DNA of 64,000 nt from Macrostomum hystrix (GCA_950097015.1 CATNEN010000038.1:34534001-34598000), one strand, 5' to 3'; counted from the stretch's first letter, positions 14,213 to 48,160 are shown. Notes: generated by a model from the sequence alone, not told the origin. A program made the numbers and translations.

Positions 14213-15465
14213 CAAATATCTAGATACCCAAATCACCGACATATCTAGATACCTAATCACCGACATATCTAGATACCTAATCACCGACATATCTAGATAC
14301 CTAATCACCGACATATCTAGATACGTAATTATCGACATATCTAGATACGTAATTATCGACATATCTAGATACGTAATTATCGACATATCTAGATACCTAA
14401 TCACCGACATATCTAGATACCCAATCACCGACATATCTAGATACCTAATCACCGACATATCTAGATACCTAATCACCGACATATCTAGATACCCAATCAC
14501 CGACATATCTAGATACCCAATCACCGACATATCTAGATACCTAATCACCGACATATCTAGATACCCAATCACCGACATATCTAGATACCTAATAACCGAC
14601 ATATCTAGATACCCAATCACCGACATATCTAGATACCCAATCACCGACATATCTAGATACCTAATCACCGACATATCTAGATACCTAATCACCGACATAT
14701 CTAGATACCCAATCACCGACATATCTAGATACGTAATTATCGACATATCTAGATAACCAATCACCGACATATCTAGATACCTAATCACCGACATATGTAG
14801 ATACCTAATAACCGACATATCTAGATACCTAATCACCGACATATGTAGATACCTAATAACCGACATATGTAGATACCTAATAACCGACATATCTAGATAA
14901 CCAATCATCGACATATCTAGATACCCAATCACCGACATATCTAGATACCTAATTATCGACATATCTAGATACCTAATCACCGACATATCTAGATACCTAA
15001 TCACCGACATATCTAGATACCTAATCACCGACATATGTAGATACCTAATAACCGACATATGTAGATACCTAATAACCGACATATCTAGATAACCAATCAT
15101 CGACATATCTAGATACCCAATCACCGACATATCTAGATACCTAATTATCGACATATCTAGATACCTAATCACCGACATATCTAGATACCTAATCACCGAC
15201 ATATCTAGATACGTAATCACCGACATATCTAGATACGTAATCACCGACATATCTAGATACGTAATTATCGACATATCTAGATACTCAATCACCGGGGTAT
15301 CTAGATACCTAATCACCGACATATCTAGATACCCAATCACCGACATATCTAGATACCCAATCACCGACATATCTAGATACGTAATCACCGACATATCTAG
15401 ATACGTAATTATCGACATATCTAGATACTCAATCACCGGGGTATCTAGATACCTAATCACCGGTA
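14213..15465. repeat. Minisatellite, 24-bp unit atatctagatacctaatcaccgac, ~52 copies
   Basis: Direct periodicity; starts ~290 nt downstream of the MARK stop codon. Confidence 0.97.
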
Positions 15466-15755
15466 TGTTTAGGTAGCTAATTAGAAAAATTTCGGTATCT
15501 AGTGGTAGCTTAGTATGAAATTCTCTTTGGTATATTAAATATCAATATTTCAAACGAAATTTAACCAGAATAAAAACACTGACATACAAACAAAACAGAG
15601 TACCTAAATAATTAAACTACCTTACCTAGGCAGGTGTACATCAACGAGCTAATATAAACGAATCAAATATCTTTAATCTATAATCGCAATATGCGGGAAT
15701 GCAAGAAAACACGAAGCCAGATAAATTTACAGACCAATTGAACACTGAACAAGCA

Positions 15756-25973
<10,218 letters not shown>

Positions 25974-28349
25974 CTAAAAATAGTAACAAACAGGAGCGTC
26001 ATGTACTTTCTATTTTAAGTACACAAGCAAGAAAACAATATTTTAAGTACACTAAAAACAATTAACAAATGTACTTACTAGATTGTTTACAAAGCCTTCG
26101 TGCACAGTGCCAAGCATTTTATTGTTGATTCACTTTTGAAAATGTTTTCTGCTTGAATAATAAAAATACTTAACTGGCTCAACCTAGAGCGGTGATTTAT
26201 TATTTGGACACAAATGCTGCTGAGTGCCAGAAGGAGTTTAGATATTGTAGCTTCATTCTGTAATGTAAAATATATATTTCTGTGTGTTCACTTACTTTTA
26301 ATACAGGCTGTAGAATACAGAAGTTTTAAAAATAAAAGTATATTACAAGCATACTAATTATTACCCAATACACAAGTCTATACACCAAAAGCAATATATA
26401 TTAAGATATTTTTCTATAAAATATGTGCAAACATTAACTTACATTTAAGAATTTAAGACAGATAAAAAGCAGTAAAAAACTTTATGTAATAACACTTCTG
26501 AAGTTAATTAATTAAATGTTTATGCATTAACTACAACTTGTATTTTAAAATATAGCACAAACAAACAGTTATAAAAAAATAAATTATAATTAAATGTTAA
26601 AATTGAAACATAAAAAAACTTGAAATTAACTTCATGGCTTCATGCTGCAAAAATGAGTCAATCAAAACCTGGGCTCAAAAAGCTACCTGTTTATTTCTAA
26701 AAAGAATAGGTTATTTAAAAGTACTTAAATAGTTGTGTCATGTGAAATCAATGCATTACCCTGTGTCTATGACTTTGAGACTGATGTGGAATGAGAATTC
26801 AGATCTTTTGTAATTTTATGACACAATGAACACATTTACAAAAATAGACAATGCTCTACCTTATTGTCTAGTGACTAAAATAAAATTACTGCTTCTTTTA
26901 CTAGTATAACTCTAATTTATATATGCTGATATATAGGCCAATTTCTAATGTCTAATCAAGTAGGCCAAAGGCTATAACATGCAGCATTTAAAATAAATAG
27001 AACAACAAATTTCTGATAAATAAATCTGATAATGATAGCCTAAGCCTAGAAAGGCCTAACTAACAGTAACAATTCTTTAGTAGGCCTGAATTTTTTCAAG
27101 CAAGTTTTTGCTAAAATTGTTTGACTGTTATTCATTAAGGTACAATGCTAAGTAATTAGTTTATGATAAATTTACACAAACATAATAAAAAATCAGGTAA
27201 GTACTATAGCCATTCCTATGTTAAAATTACCATATTAGGCTATAAAAAAGGATACAAAAATGGGCAAAATAAACATAAGCATGTACACAAAGGTACCTGT
27301 GCTTAGGGCCTATCAAAAGCAACATATCCCAGTACAGCTTAGTAATAAAATTTTTCACCTAAAATTATAACTTACATTATATTGCAACTTGCTAGCCTAC
27401 ATAGGTAAGCTAAGTAAAAAACTAGCTCTTTACAAACATGTGGCTAATCTGCAAAGTAGATTATCAGAATCCTGATTCTGTTATATAAGCTGATATGTAC
27501 ATTTGGGAAATTGGAATGGTGCAAATTGCATCTTAGGAAGACATAGGCCTAGTAGGTTTGGAATGGAATTAACTTTTGTAGCAGTGTTAAAATTTAATTC
27601 ATGCCTAATTTCCTAGAAATGTAAATTGTAACATAAATTTAGTTGATTTTGTTTGACTGACACTTGTGTGTGTTTACCCAATGTGTGTTTCCTATCCAAA
27701 AAATATAAATATGAAAGGTTTAGTCAAGGAAAATCTGTGTCCTCAAAAAGTTCTGAAAGAAGCAGTTTAAACAAATTAAGAGTGTTTGTGCTTTTTTAGC
27801 AGAAAGGCAAGAACTCTACAAGCTGAGACTTGTATGCTGAAAGAGAAATAACTTGTATTGAACTTGTAATTTTAATAAAGGTTTACATTTATCACAAATA
27901 ATAAAGGATCACATTTATTCATCACCCAGAGAGGGAGCATATGTTATAAACCTGTAAGGGAATTTGTGTATAAGAAGTAATTCCTAAATCTAAAAGTAGG
28001 CCTAGGCCTAGGCCTAAAAGGTGTGTGCAAGTGCAATTGGACACCCTCTAATCTACTAGTAGCCTATAGTAAGACTTGAAATAAATAAGACTGGGTCAAG
28101 AAAGCCTAACCAGTATAAATAATATATGTATGAGTATTTCGTGTTAGGCCTAATAGTGTCTTGCCACTTGGACACTGGCTTGCTACCATAGGAGTAAAAT
28201 CTAGGCTACTCTTGATTGATAACTAGTGTTATAAGTTGGTTACCATAAATACAGCAGAAGTTTAGATTTGTATAAAAGAGAACTACAACACTTCTTTGGA
28301 ACTAGAGTTAAAACGTTTCAGGCCTATGCAGCTCTCTAGTTCAGGAGAA

Positions 28350-29337
28350 TCAAATTTAAGAAATTTGATTGGCGTATTAAGCCGTGCTTAATCATTCATC
28401 ACACACAAATTTATTATCTATAGCCTTGAAAATAAAGATTTCTTTTAAATCTAATTATAATCAAGTAGGTCTTAACAATTCGGATTGCATGTTCAATCAA
28501 TAACTAACTCACGCGTCACGAATAATAGGCCTATAGAGCCGTTGAGAACAACTGTTATCTGGCTTGGCATCGGTCAGCGGGCATGTTAAAGTGGCATGAT
28601 TTGCTAAATTAAATTAGTTTTATTGTTTCCGGTGCTGCCTATGTGAATTTCAAAGCAAAAGGCATAACTTTCCTAAAAAATACATTATTACTTTACACAA
28701 GACAGTAATAAATATCGTATAGGTAAAAAGCGCATCGTTACTCTAAAACTAATTGCTTGTATTTTGTTTATGTCTTTAGAAAGGTTAGCTACTTAGACAT
28801 TTACGCAGTTATGTTTAAGGATCTGAGTTTAAAGCAGCAGGGCTCCCTAGACCCTTGCTGTCTAATCTAGGTAGCCTTTGGTTTTCATGCTTGACCTGAA
28901 GTATTATTTTTACGAGTTAAGCTTCAACTTTCTGTTGTTTAGCATAAAAATTTTTTTTGCAAAAACTTCAGGAAATTTACATAAATTCATGTCAATTTTA
29001 TCAAAAATAGCACAGAAAAAATAAAAAATAAAATACGTACTTATTTTAAACACTCTCTGCAAATCAAAATGCTTTCGCTAATTTGTTATCTCGTTTTCAA
29101 CATATCTTTGTACATTTTTAAACCTTTCATTTTCTTTGAAACATATTCTGCTATATATTACGCTTGAAAGGTAGGAAATGTTACTATCCCTCTTGTTCCT
29201 CCAGAAAAATATTTGTTCTTCGTAGAATGTCTTGCATTTACATCATTACTAGTCAAAAATTTCTTTTAAGTAGCTGCACGTGCCCAAGCATTTACTAAAT
29301 TGTCACTTAAGTTATACTATATTGTCGTGTTTTCGCA
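28350..29337. promoter_or_regulatory. Putative shared (bidirectional) promoter region of MARK and GRK
   Basis: The genes are head-to-head. CpGs reappear at ~28370-28640 after a CpG desert, and a minus-strand donor (gc|gtgagttag at ~28512) suggests a 5' UTR exon of MARK. No TSS data available. Confidence 0.45.
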
Positions 29338-40137
<10,800 letters not shown>

Positions 40138-41191
40138 AGAGGCCAGACATGACTGTGGACCAACTTGGCAGCTTACGTCATTGCTTGCTGTTACTGTATG
40201 CTTATTTCTGCCTGTCCTGTTTATTAATTTTTATAATTTTAAGAATTTAATCGATTTTAAATAATTCTTTCTTTGCGCTGACGAAAAGAAAAATCATTGA
40301 TGAAATTTGTCCAGTATTTGCAAAACGCGCAATTACTTTTTAGGTAAATTTCTGCTTGGCTGTTGTAAAATTGCTGCACAATCTGTCTTTTTTTTAAGTA
40401 TGCACATACATATATAGTCATATAGTTGTGGTATATAGTAATCAAATATATATTTTATGAAATGAACACAGCTGTACTAGCTAAGCTACTATTAATTTAG
40501 TTTGGCTAGCTATAGAGGCCCTAGCCATATACTGATAGTAGCATAACTGTCATTTTTAGTTCGTAATTTGAGAAAGTCGTCAAAGTTAATTGCAGTTGTT
40601 GTATTTGTTTGAAATAAAATGCAATCCTACTTACTGATTTCTTTAACAGTTAAATTGTTATTCGATACTAACTATCATGCTTTGTACAACTATTCAGTCC
40701 ATGGACATTTGTTTCTGAATGATTTAATAAAAACAGTTCGTCCCATCTAAATCCTTATTTGGTAAAAAAATTCTATATTGAATATATTTATTAGTTTGAA
40801 CTTTTTATCTAGTTTTTTTTCTCTAAATTATTTCTGTGATTTTTTAGTACACAAAATTACACGTGTACTTTAGTAAGACCATACTTGTCTCTATATCGTT
40901 AAATGCACAGATGTCCTTTTTTAATTAAAATTGTCTTTAACAGATAGCGGTTGTCTGTATCAATTTTTATCATGTTTTCTACAAAGTTAAAATTATTTTA
41001 TGACGGAAAAAAACAAAAGTAATTTTAGAAAATTAGTTCATCTAGTCAATTGTGGATTAATCCATATGGTTGATCTCTTAAGAATGCGTTTATTATGATT
41101 CGCTTATAAAAATAGCCTGTTTTAATCTATTTCAAACGAACTTTCCTGATTTGTTGATTTAGAATGACCTATTTTGATTGGTCCATTCATT

Positions 41192-41559
41192 GGGGGGTCG
41201 GTGGCAGAGCGGTTAACGCGTTTGCCACTCGCACCACAGTCCCTAAGTTCGATTCCACGGCGAGGCCACATTTATTTGGGGCGCAGCCGCGGAGAGAATG
41301 CTTGGGGGCTTGTCGTGCAATTTACGCCCTTGAGGGCCAACCTCCAAGGCACAGTTCGAGTGTACACTGCCTGACGATGAGAAAGTCAGGGCAGATGTAC
41401 ACACCTGTGTGAGCGTATGCCTGCGTACGGTATCTGTGTGCGTGTGTACTCAGGAGTCAGCGAAATGGGCAGAATTGCCTCCTCGCTGGCTGCGGGTCTA
41501 GTGTCACCAAACTATGTGTCATTGCCCGCAGCCCTCCTGCAATTATTATTATTATTATT
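41192..41559 (+). mobile_element. tRNA-derived SINE, full length, with 13-bp TSD
   Basis: A box TGGCAGAGCGG, B box GTTCGATTCC, (ATT)6 tail; TSD attggtccattca at 41177-41189 and 41557-41569. Confidence 0.93.
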
Positions 41560-41722
41560 GGTCCATTCAGGGAGTGACCTATTTTGATTGGTCCATTCAG
41601 AGAGTGACCTATTTTGATTGGTCTATACAGGGAGTGAACTACGAGTATTTTGATTGGTCCATTCAGAGTGACCTATTATGGTTGGTCCATTCAGAGAGTG
41701 ACCTATTTTGATTTGTCCAATC
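41557..41722. repeat. Short ~30-bp minisatellite gagtgacctattttgattggtccattcaga; its first unit (41164-41189) is separated by the SINE
   Basis: Direct periodicity. Confidence 0.85.
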
Positions 41723-42829
41723 ATAATGGTCTACCGTTCGTGATGTTATGATTGAAGACCGAATTAAATTAATGTTTATTGATTTTTTTTAAATATGGGT
41801 ACAAGCCAGACGGCAGCACCGGATAAGCGCAGAGTTAGACAGGTGCACTAATTAGAACAGTTTTATTTAGACATACTATATCAGTGACAAATCGTGCTAC
41901 ACTACTGTCCTACTATAAGTAGCAAGTACAGTGCATGCAGCGCAGCAATTGATTGTCAATTTGAAGAAATATTAGTCATTTGAAAATGGTGGCATCTTTC
42001 AAAGGGTAGAGAGTGGACGAAATATTTCCAGTGTCAACCATAAATAATTACAAGAGCATGGCTTGGCATTAAAAATATAGCAATGGAAATGGTTACGGTA
42101 TGTATGACTTATCCTCCTGAATGAATAGCAGAAGCATTTATTGATGAGTACTGAGTACTCTTTCGGTAATTCCGTAGAAAAAAGGGAATATGCTATATAT
42201 GTCGTATATAGAAAAAGAATAGAGATTCGTTCAGTAGTGGTAACTTGAGACGAACGCTATAAAGTGCAAAACTCTATTGTGGAGAGGAATAATTAAAAAA
42301 TTGCAAAGAGAAAATCTAAATCAAGAATCTTTAGCCTAGCTAAGAAAATTTTATTGCCAATCTAAGATCTGGAAGCCTATTTTCGGAGTTTTATGAATAA
42401 TCAGTTATAATAGCAGTATAACAAAACCGTTTTAAGCAAGTTGGGCTAAATACAATTAATTGAATCAAGCATAACATTTTTCCGAAATACAATGTTTGAA
42501 GTCATTAATTTAACAACGTAATTAGTCAGTAAGCTTTCTCCAACGCTATGTACGCCCACCTCCCGCCTGGACACTCATTTCATCTGACCAATGAGCGGTG
42601 GAGCATACTTTCTACCCCCTAAGCCAACCAATGGCTTGCGCTTAGACCACCCCTCGGCTTCTCGGCCAATCAGCGAAGGCGGCAAATCTATCAGTACAAT
42701 AAAATGGAGACAAGTGAATGTCTCGGGTATGACGGGTTGGCAATGAAGAGCGCACAGAAATCGTTAAAGTTTGCACAACCCGATTTCTTTCTTTAGAAAG
42801 AATTGAAATTTGTCGATCCCGCATTGAAA

Positions 42830-45800
42830 TCAGCTTCGCGGCTCGTCTTCGTTGAAGTCATAACTGTTCTCTCTCACATTCAGTTTGTTGATGTTGTTAC
42901 CGCTGCTGCTGTTGGGCCCGGAACCTGAAAATAGAATGTAATCGATAAAATATTACTTTTAAGGAACATTAAGGTAACCTATCAGTCTTCCACCCTACCA
43001 ACACAGACCTACAACCCCAGACATTACTATCCCAGACCTACTACTGTAACTAAAAGCGAGCTCGCTCGCAGTGCATGATAAGAAAATAATAGCTTACATC
43101 CAATTGAACAAAAAACTTCCGGTGTCTTCGATAAGGTGACAGCTACTTTTAAAACATTTGCGAAAAAATTGCCGTTATGAACAACTTAAGTTAATTCAAG
43201 TCAATTCCTCAGGCCTCATTCCGTCACTCCCCTCAGGCCTCATTGAGTCACTCCCCTCAGGCCTCATTGAGTCACTCCCCTCAGGCCTCATTGAGTCACT
43301 CCCCTCAGGCCTCATTCAGTCACTCCCATAGGGCTCGTTCAGTCACTCCTCTCAGGCCTCATTGAATCACTCCCCTCAGGCCTCATTCAGTCACTCCCAT
43401 AGGGCTCGTTCAGTCACTCCTCTCAGGCCTCATTGAATCACTCCCCTCAGGCCTCGTTCAGTCACTCCCATAGGGCTCGTTCAGTCACTCCCCTCAGGCC
43501 TCATTCAGTCACTCCCTCAGGCTTCATTCAGTCACTCAATTAACTCCCCAATGACCCACCAAGCTCACTAATGACCCAACTAGCTCCCCAATGACCCACC
43601 TAGCTCCCCAATGACCCACCTAGCTCCCCAATGACCCACCTAGCTCCCCCTTCACCCACCTAGCTCCCCAATGACCCACCTAACTCCCCAATGACCCACC
43701 TAGCTCCCCAATGACTTATCTAACTCCCCAATGACCCACCTAGATCCCCAATGACCCACCAAGCTCCAAAATGACCCACCTAACTCCCCAATGACCCACC
43801 TAACTTCCCACCTCTAACTTTAAGGTACAGTTTTGCTCGTTAATTTTTTCATAAAATGGTGAATCGAAACATATCGCAACTGTATATTTATGGCCTCCGT
43901 GCTTGCGGCAGTGAAAGTTACATAAACATTTGTAATTCCGACGGCAAGCCAAATTCTTCAGTGTAAACTAAAGGCAAAAGACAAGGGTTAGCTAAGGCTA
44001 GATAAGACCTTTGAAAACTATTGCTTTTTTGGCTAACTTTATATGCCTAGCTCTCGTTAACACACATTATAGATTATAGATTATACAAAGAATATTAATT
44101 TTCCCACATGAATAATCCCAATTCCCGTACCAAAATTGACTGAATAAGAGCAGTCTAGTGGAGTGGCCATGGGGAATTACAGTTTATTCTTGTGCGAATG
44201 TGTGTGAGTGTATTCCACCAGTGACTCATGCTGTATAGTTTATTTTTGTAAAGCCACATAGCTGCATTTATATAGTGTTTGTCTTGTAAATAGGTAGAAA
44301 CCCTTCTAAGGGGGGGTTGGATTTGGGAATAAAGTATTTCTGAGGCTTTATTCCTATTCACAAGAATGTTAGTCCCATTGTAAAGCACAGACCATATACT
44401 AAAGAAAGGAATGCCAACAAAAAAACATGCGGCAAGTACCCGCTTTTTTGTAAAACAGTATCTGGCCACAATGAGTCAACAATTCACCTACTTAAGGGAT
44501 AAAAAAAAGAAAATGCTAGCGAAAATCTTCATTTGCTTTGGGGTGCTGATATTTTCTTTAAAAACTTTAACACATGCTTCCTAAATCTTCATTCTCATTT
44601 TTCCCTTATCAACTTTCCTACTTTTTAACTTGTCTCTACCTGTCTCTGTCTCTCTACCTGTCTCTCTACCTGTCTATCTACCTGTCTCTGTCTGTGTCTC
44701 TACCTGTCTCTCTACCTGCCTCTGTCTGTGTCGCTACCTGTCTCCGTCTGTCTCTATCTACCTGTCTCTCTCTACCTATCTTATTATCTTATTCTGTCGA
44801 ATTGTCACTCAGTTTGTCTCCGCCTGTCCCTGATTCGGTCACAGTACCAATCTGACTGCCTCAGCGTGCCTGATCCCTCAAAGCCAACTCACCTGCGGCC
44901 AGTTTTCCAGCCCTCGCTTCGTTGCCGGAGCTCAACGTCAGCGGTGGCCCTGACGATGACCCGGCGCCGCAGCCGGACTGGAAGCTCAGAAGGACGCCGT
45001 CTTTGGTGACGCCAACTTCGTTGCCGACTGTTTTCAATGACCGACGGGCGTCTTCGTCCTCCTCCATCGGCGATGTCATTCTGGGCACCTGGCGGGAGCT
45101 GTTCCACTTCCGGTGTTGGCCGCCGCGGCCGAGTTCGCCACGGCCGCCGACCACGCGACCACCGCTGCCGTTCTGACGACGCATCCGTTGACAAACGTAG
45201 ATTGTCACTCCGGTGGTCAGCACGTGGATTAAACAGACTAAGCTGAATATTATCAGCAAGATTATTGTCAGCTTATTTGGCTGCTGCTGCTGCTGCTGCG
45301 ACTGCTGACCATTGTCCGCTTTGGCAACAGCTGAGCGCTCTTTCGCCTCCCCAGTTGACAGGCGGTCCAACCACCTAAATTGAAAATTAACTGCTTCTTA
45401 GAAACGACCTAGAATCGAACCCCTGACCTTGCCCAGCAAAGACTTTGCTTCTATAGTCATGTAAGTCGCATAATGGAGGTAACGTTTTTTGAATAAAAAA
45501 CTGTTTCCTAATCGCTTGCATGGATACCACTGCAGCCTTTTCCTTCGACAAATGTTTTGCTACTGCTACAGTAAGTGTAATCAGCAAGCAGCTTTGGTAA
45601 GTCGATACCAGCTAGCAGGCCAAAACACTGCGGATAAGCAGCAAGTCTCTGGCCGAGGCAACAACAGCAATCAGCAGCTGGTGTCTCGAGAGCTCTTTGT
45701 CGATTTGCGACATCCAGAAGTTGATAAAAGTCTACATCCAAATATAAGTAGCTAAGTAGTGCTTTCATTTTGAAATATTATCGACACTGTATCGATCTCA

Positions 45801-48160
45801 CAGTTGAATAGAACAGAATGGATTGCTAGTCTATGCCATTGGTAAAGAAACAGAATGGATTGCTAGTCTATGCCATTGGTAAAGAAACAGAGTGGATTGC
45901 TAGTCTATGCCATTGGTAAAGAAACAGAATGGATTGCTAGTCTATGCCATTGGTAAAGAAACAGAATGGATTGCTAGTCTATGCCATTGGTAAAGAAACA
46001 GAATGGATTGCTAGTCTATGCCATTGGTAAAGAAACAGAATGGATTGCTAGTCTATGCCATTGGTAAAGAAACAGAATGGATTGCTAGTCTATGCCATTG
46101 GTAAAGAAACAGAATGGATTGCTAGTCTATGCCATTGGTAAAGAAACAGAGTGGATTGCTAGTCTATGCCATTGGTAAAGAAACAGAATGGATTGCTAGT
46201 CTATGCCATTGGTAAAGAAACAGAGTGGATTGCTAGTCTATGCCATTGGTAAAGAAACAGAATGGATTGCTAGTCTATGCCATTGGTAAAGAAACAGAAT
46301 GGATTGCTAGTCTATGCCATTGGTAAAGAAACAGAATGGATTGCAAGTCTATGCCATTGGTAAAGAAACAGAGTGGATTGCTAGTCTATGCCATTGGTAA
46401 AGAAACAGAATGGATTGCTAGTCTATGCCATTGGTAAAGAAACAGAGTGGATTGCTAGTCTATGCCATTGGTAAAGAAACAGAATGGATTGCTAGTCTAT
46501 GCCATTGGTAAAGAAACAGAATGGATTGCTAGTCTATGCCATTGGTAAAGAAACAGAATGGATTGCTAGTCTATGCCATTGGTAAAGAAACAGAATGGAT
46601 TGCTAGTCTATGCCATTGGTAAAGAAACAGAATGGATTGCAAGTCTATGCCATTGGTAAAGAAACAGAATGGATTGCTAGTCTATGCCATTGGTAAAGAA
46701 ACAGAATGGATTGCTAGTCCATGCCATTGGTAAAGAAGCAGAATGGATTGCTAGTCTATGCCATTGGTAAAGAAACAGAATGGATTGCTAGTCTATCTCA
46801 TATGTTAAGGAATAGTTTGGATTGCTAAACTATCCTACTGGTTAAAGAAAAAAGGATTGCTAATCTATTTTTATATGTAAAGGTAGCTGTAACACTACCT
46901 GTGACAGGGTCGCAGCTCCTGTGGCAGTTTGCCAATTTCACAGCTATAAATCTTTGGTCTGTTGAATTCGCCGCTCTGTCTCACATGCTGCTCAAACTGC
47001 TCGGAACCAAATCTGGTGCAGTCAATTGGCGGAGCATCGGTCCACAGTGCCTTCAGGGACTGCAGCGGGCAGAAAGTGTCGTTGGCAGTCCAGCCGCTCA
47101 GGTTGTTGATTTCTAGTTTTAGAGCCTGGAGGCTGTGAAACTGGGCGAACACGGACTCGGACAGGCGAGTCAGCTGGTTGCCGCTGAGATCAAGCTCGGT
47201 CAACTGGCCCAGGCCGTTGAATGCGTAGTCGTCGATGTCGGAGATGCGGTTGTTCGCTAGACTGAGCCTTCGTAGGCTGACCAGATCGGCGAAGATCAGA
47301 CTTTCAAGCTTAAAGAGGCCGTTGCTGTTCAGGTCGAGATACTGCAGGCTGTTGAGGTTGTTTAGGCAGCCGGTCTCCAGGCGCCGAATGTTGTTCTGGT
47401 TGAGGCGCAGGTAGCGCAGAGCGGGCAGGTTAACGAAGCTGCCGGCGCGGAGTAGCAGCATGTTCCCGCGGCTGATGCTGGCTGACTTCAGGCTAGGCAG
47501 CGAGGCTAACAGAGGCGCGGCATAGGCGGCGGAGTGGATCGAAGCCAATAATTGGATCTCTCGCAACTGACTGGCCTTGCTGACTGCATAGCTGGGTAGA
47601 GGCTCCTCCGGGCTCATTGTCACATTGTTGCCGCTGACTGCCAGTCGTTCCATGTTCGGCAGGCCGTCGAGCAGCTCGGCATTGATCACCAGACCGCCTT
47701 GGAGGATGACCCAACTGACGCCGGGCAGGTTCAGGCCTCTAATGGCCAGCCGGGTGGAGCCGGTATAGGCGGGGAAGGAAATCAGCAGCCGCGCGCCAGA
47801 ACTGGCCGCGGTGCAGAGCCGGGTGCCAGTCAGGTCTAGGAGGACCAGGCTGAGATCGATTGGCGGCTTGCTCAGCTGAATACTCAGCCGGGCTGTGCGC
47901 GGCGAAGCCGGCAGTGCCAACTGGCTGGCGTTGTGATTCCAGTCGAGCAACACTTCGGTTGCTATGGAAGCTGAAGGTGCAATGGAGCCGCAATGAATGA
48001 CGCCGCCAGGAGAAAAAGCGGAAGTTCTGTGTCTCTGGTAGCAGGACACCAGCATCTTCTGGGTGAGGCAGGTGCTGTCCGCAAGGCCTGCGGCCGCTTC
48101 GCTCGACAACGTTAGACGGAGCGTGACGACTGTCACGAGTAGCCAGGCTGTTGGGCACAT
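42830..48160 (-). CDS. Single-pass leucine-rich-repeat membrane protein, 612 aa; exons 48160-46899, 45374-44893, 42924-42830
   Basis: Signal-peptide-like start (MCPTAWLLVTVVTLRLTLSSEA), typical extracellular LRRs (LRYLRLNQNNIRRL, LQYLDLNSNGL, LRRLSLANNRISDI, LTELDLSGNQLTRL), TM segment LTIILLIIFSLVCLIHVLTTGVTIYVC followed by QRMRR, and a low-complexity tail ending NSYDFNEDEPRS*. Intron phases 2 and 1 match. Confidence 0.88.
43205..43810. repeat. Two adjacent minisatellites: ~24-bp cctcaggcctcattgagtcactcc and 20-bp atgacccacctagctcccca (LRR gene intron 2)
   Basis: Direct periodicity. Confidence 0.92.
45810..46800. repeat. Minisatellite, 37-bp unit aacagaatggattgctagtctatgccattggtaaaga (LRR gene intron 1)
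   Basis: Direct periodicity, ~26 copies. Confidence 0.97.

Noticed and set aside
41192-41270. Functional tRNA gene (also B-box fragments at ~18805, ~45412, ~61428)
   Set aside because: Acceptor and T stems are imperfect and the sequence continues into a dispersed SINE body; the others are isolated fragments.
41360-41402. Hammerhead-like CTGACGA...GAAA GTC in the SINE
   Set aside because: No room for stems II and III; the segment folds as one long hairpin.
41795-41840. Twister-ribozyme-like words (ggtacaagcc...ccggataa...gcagag)
   Set aside because: The required upstream P2/P4 partners are absent and the spacing is wrong.
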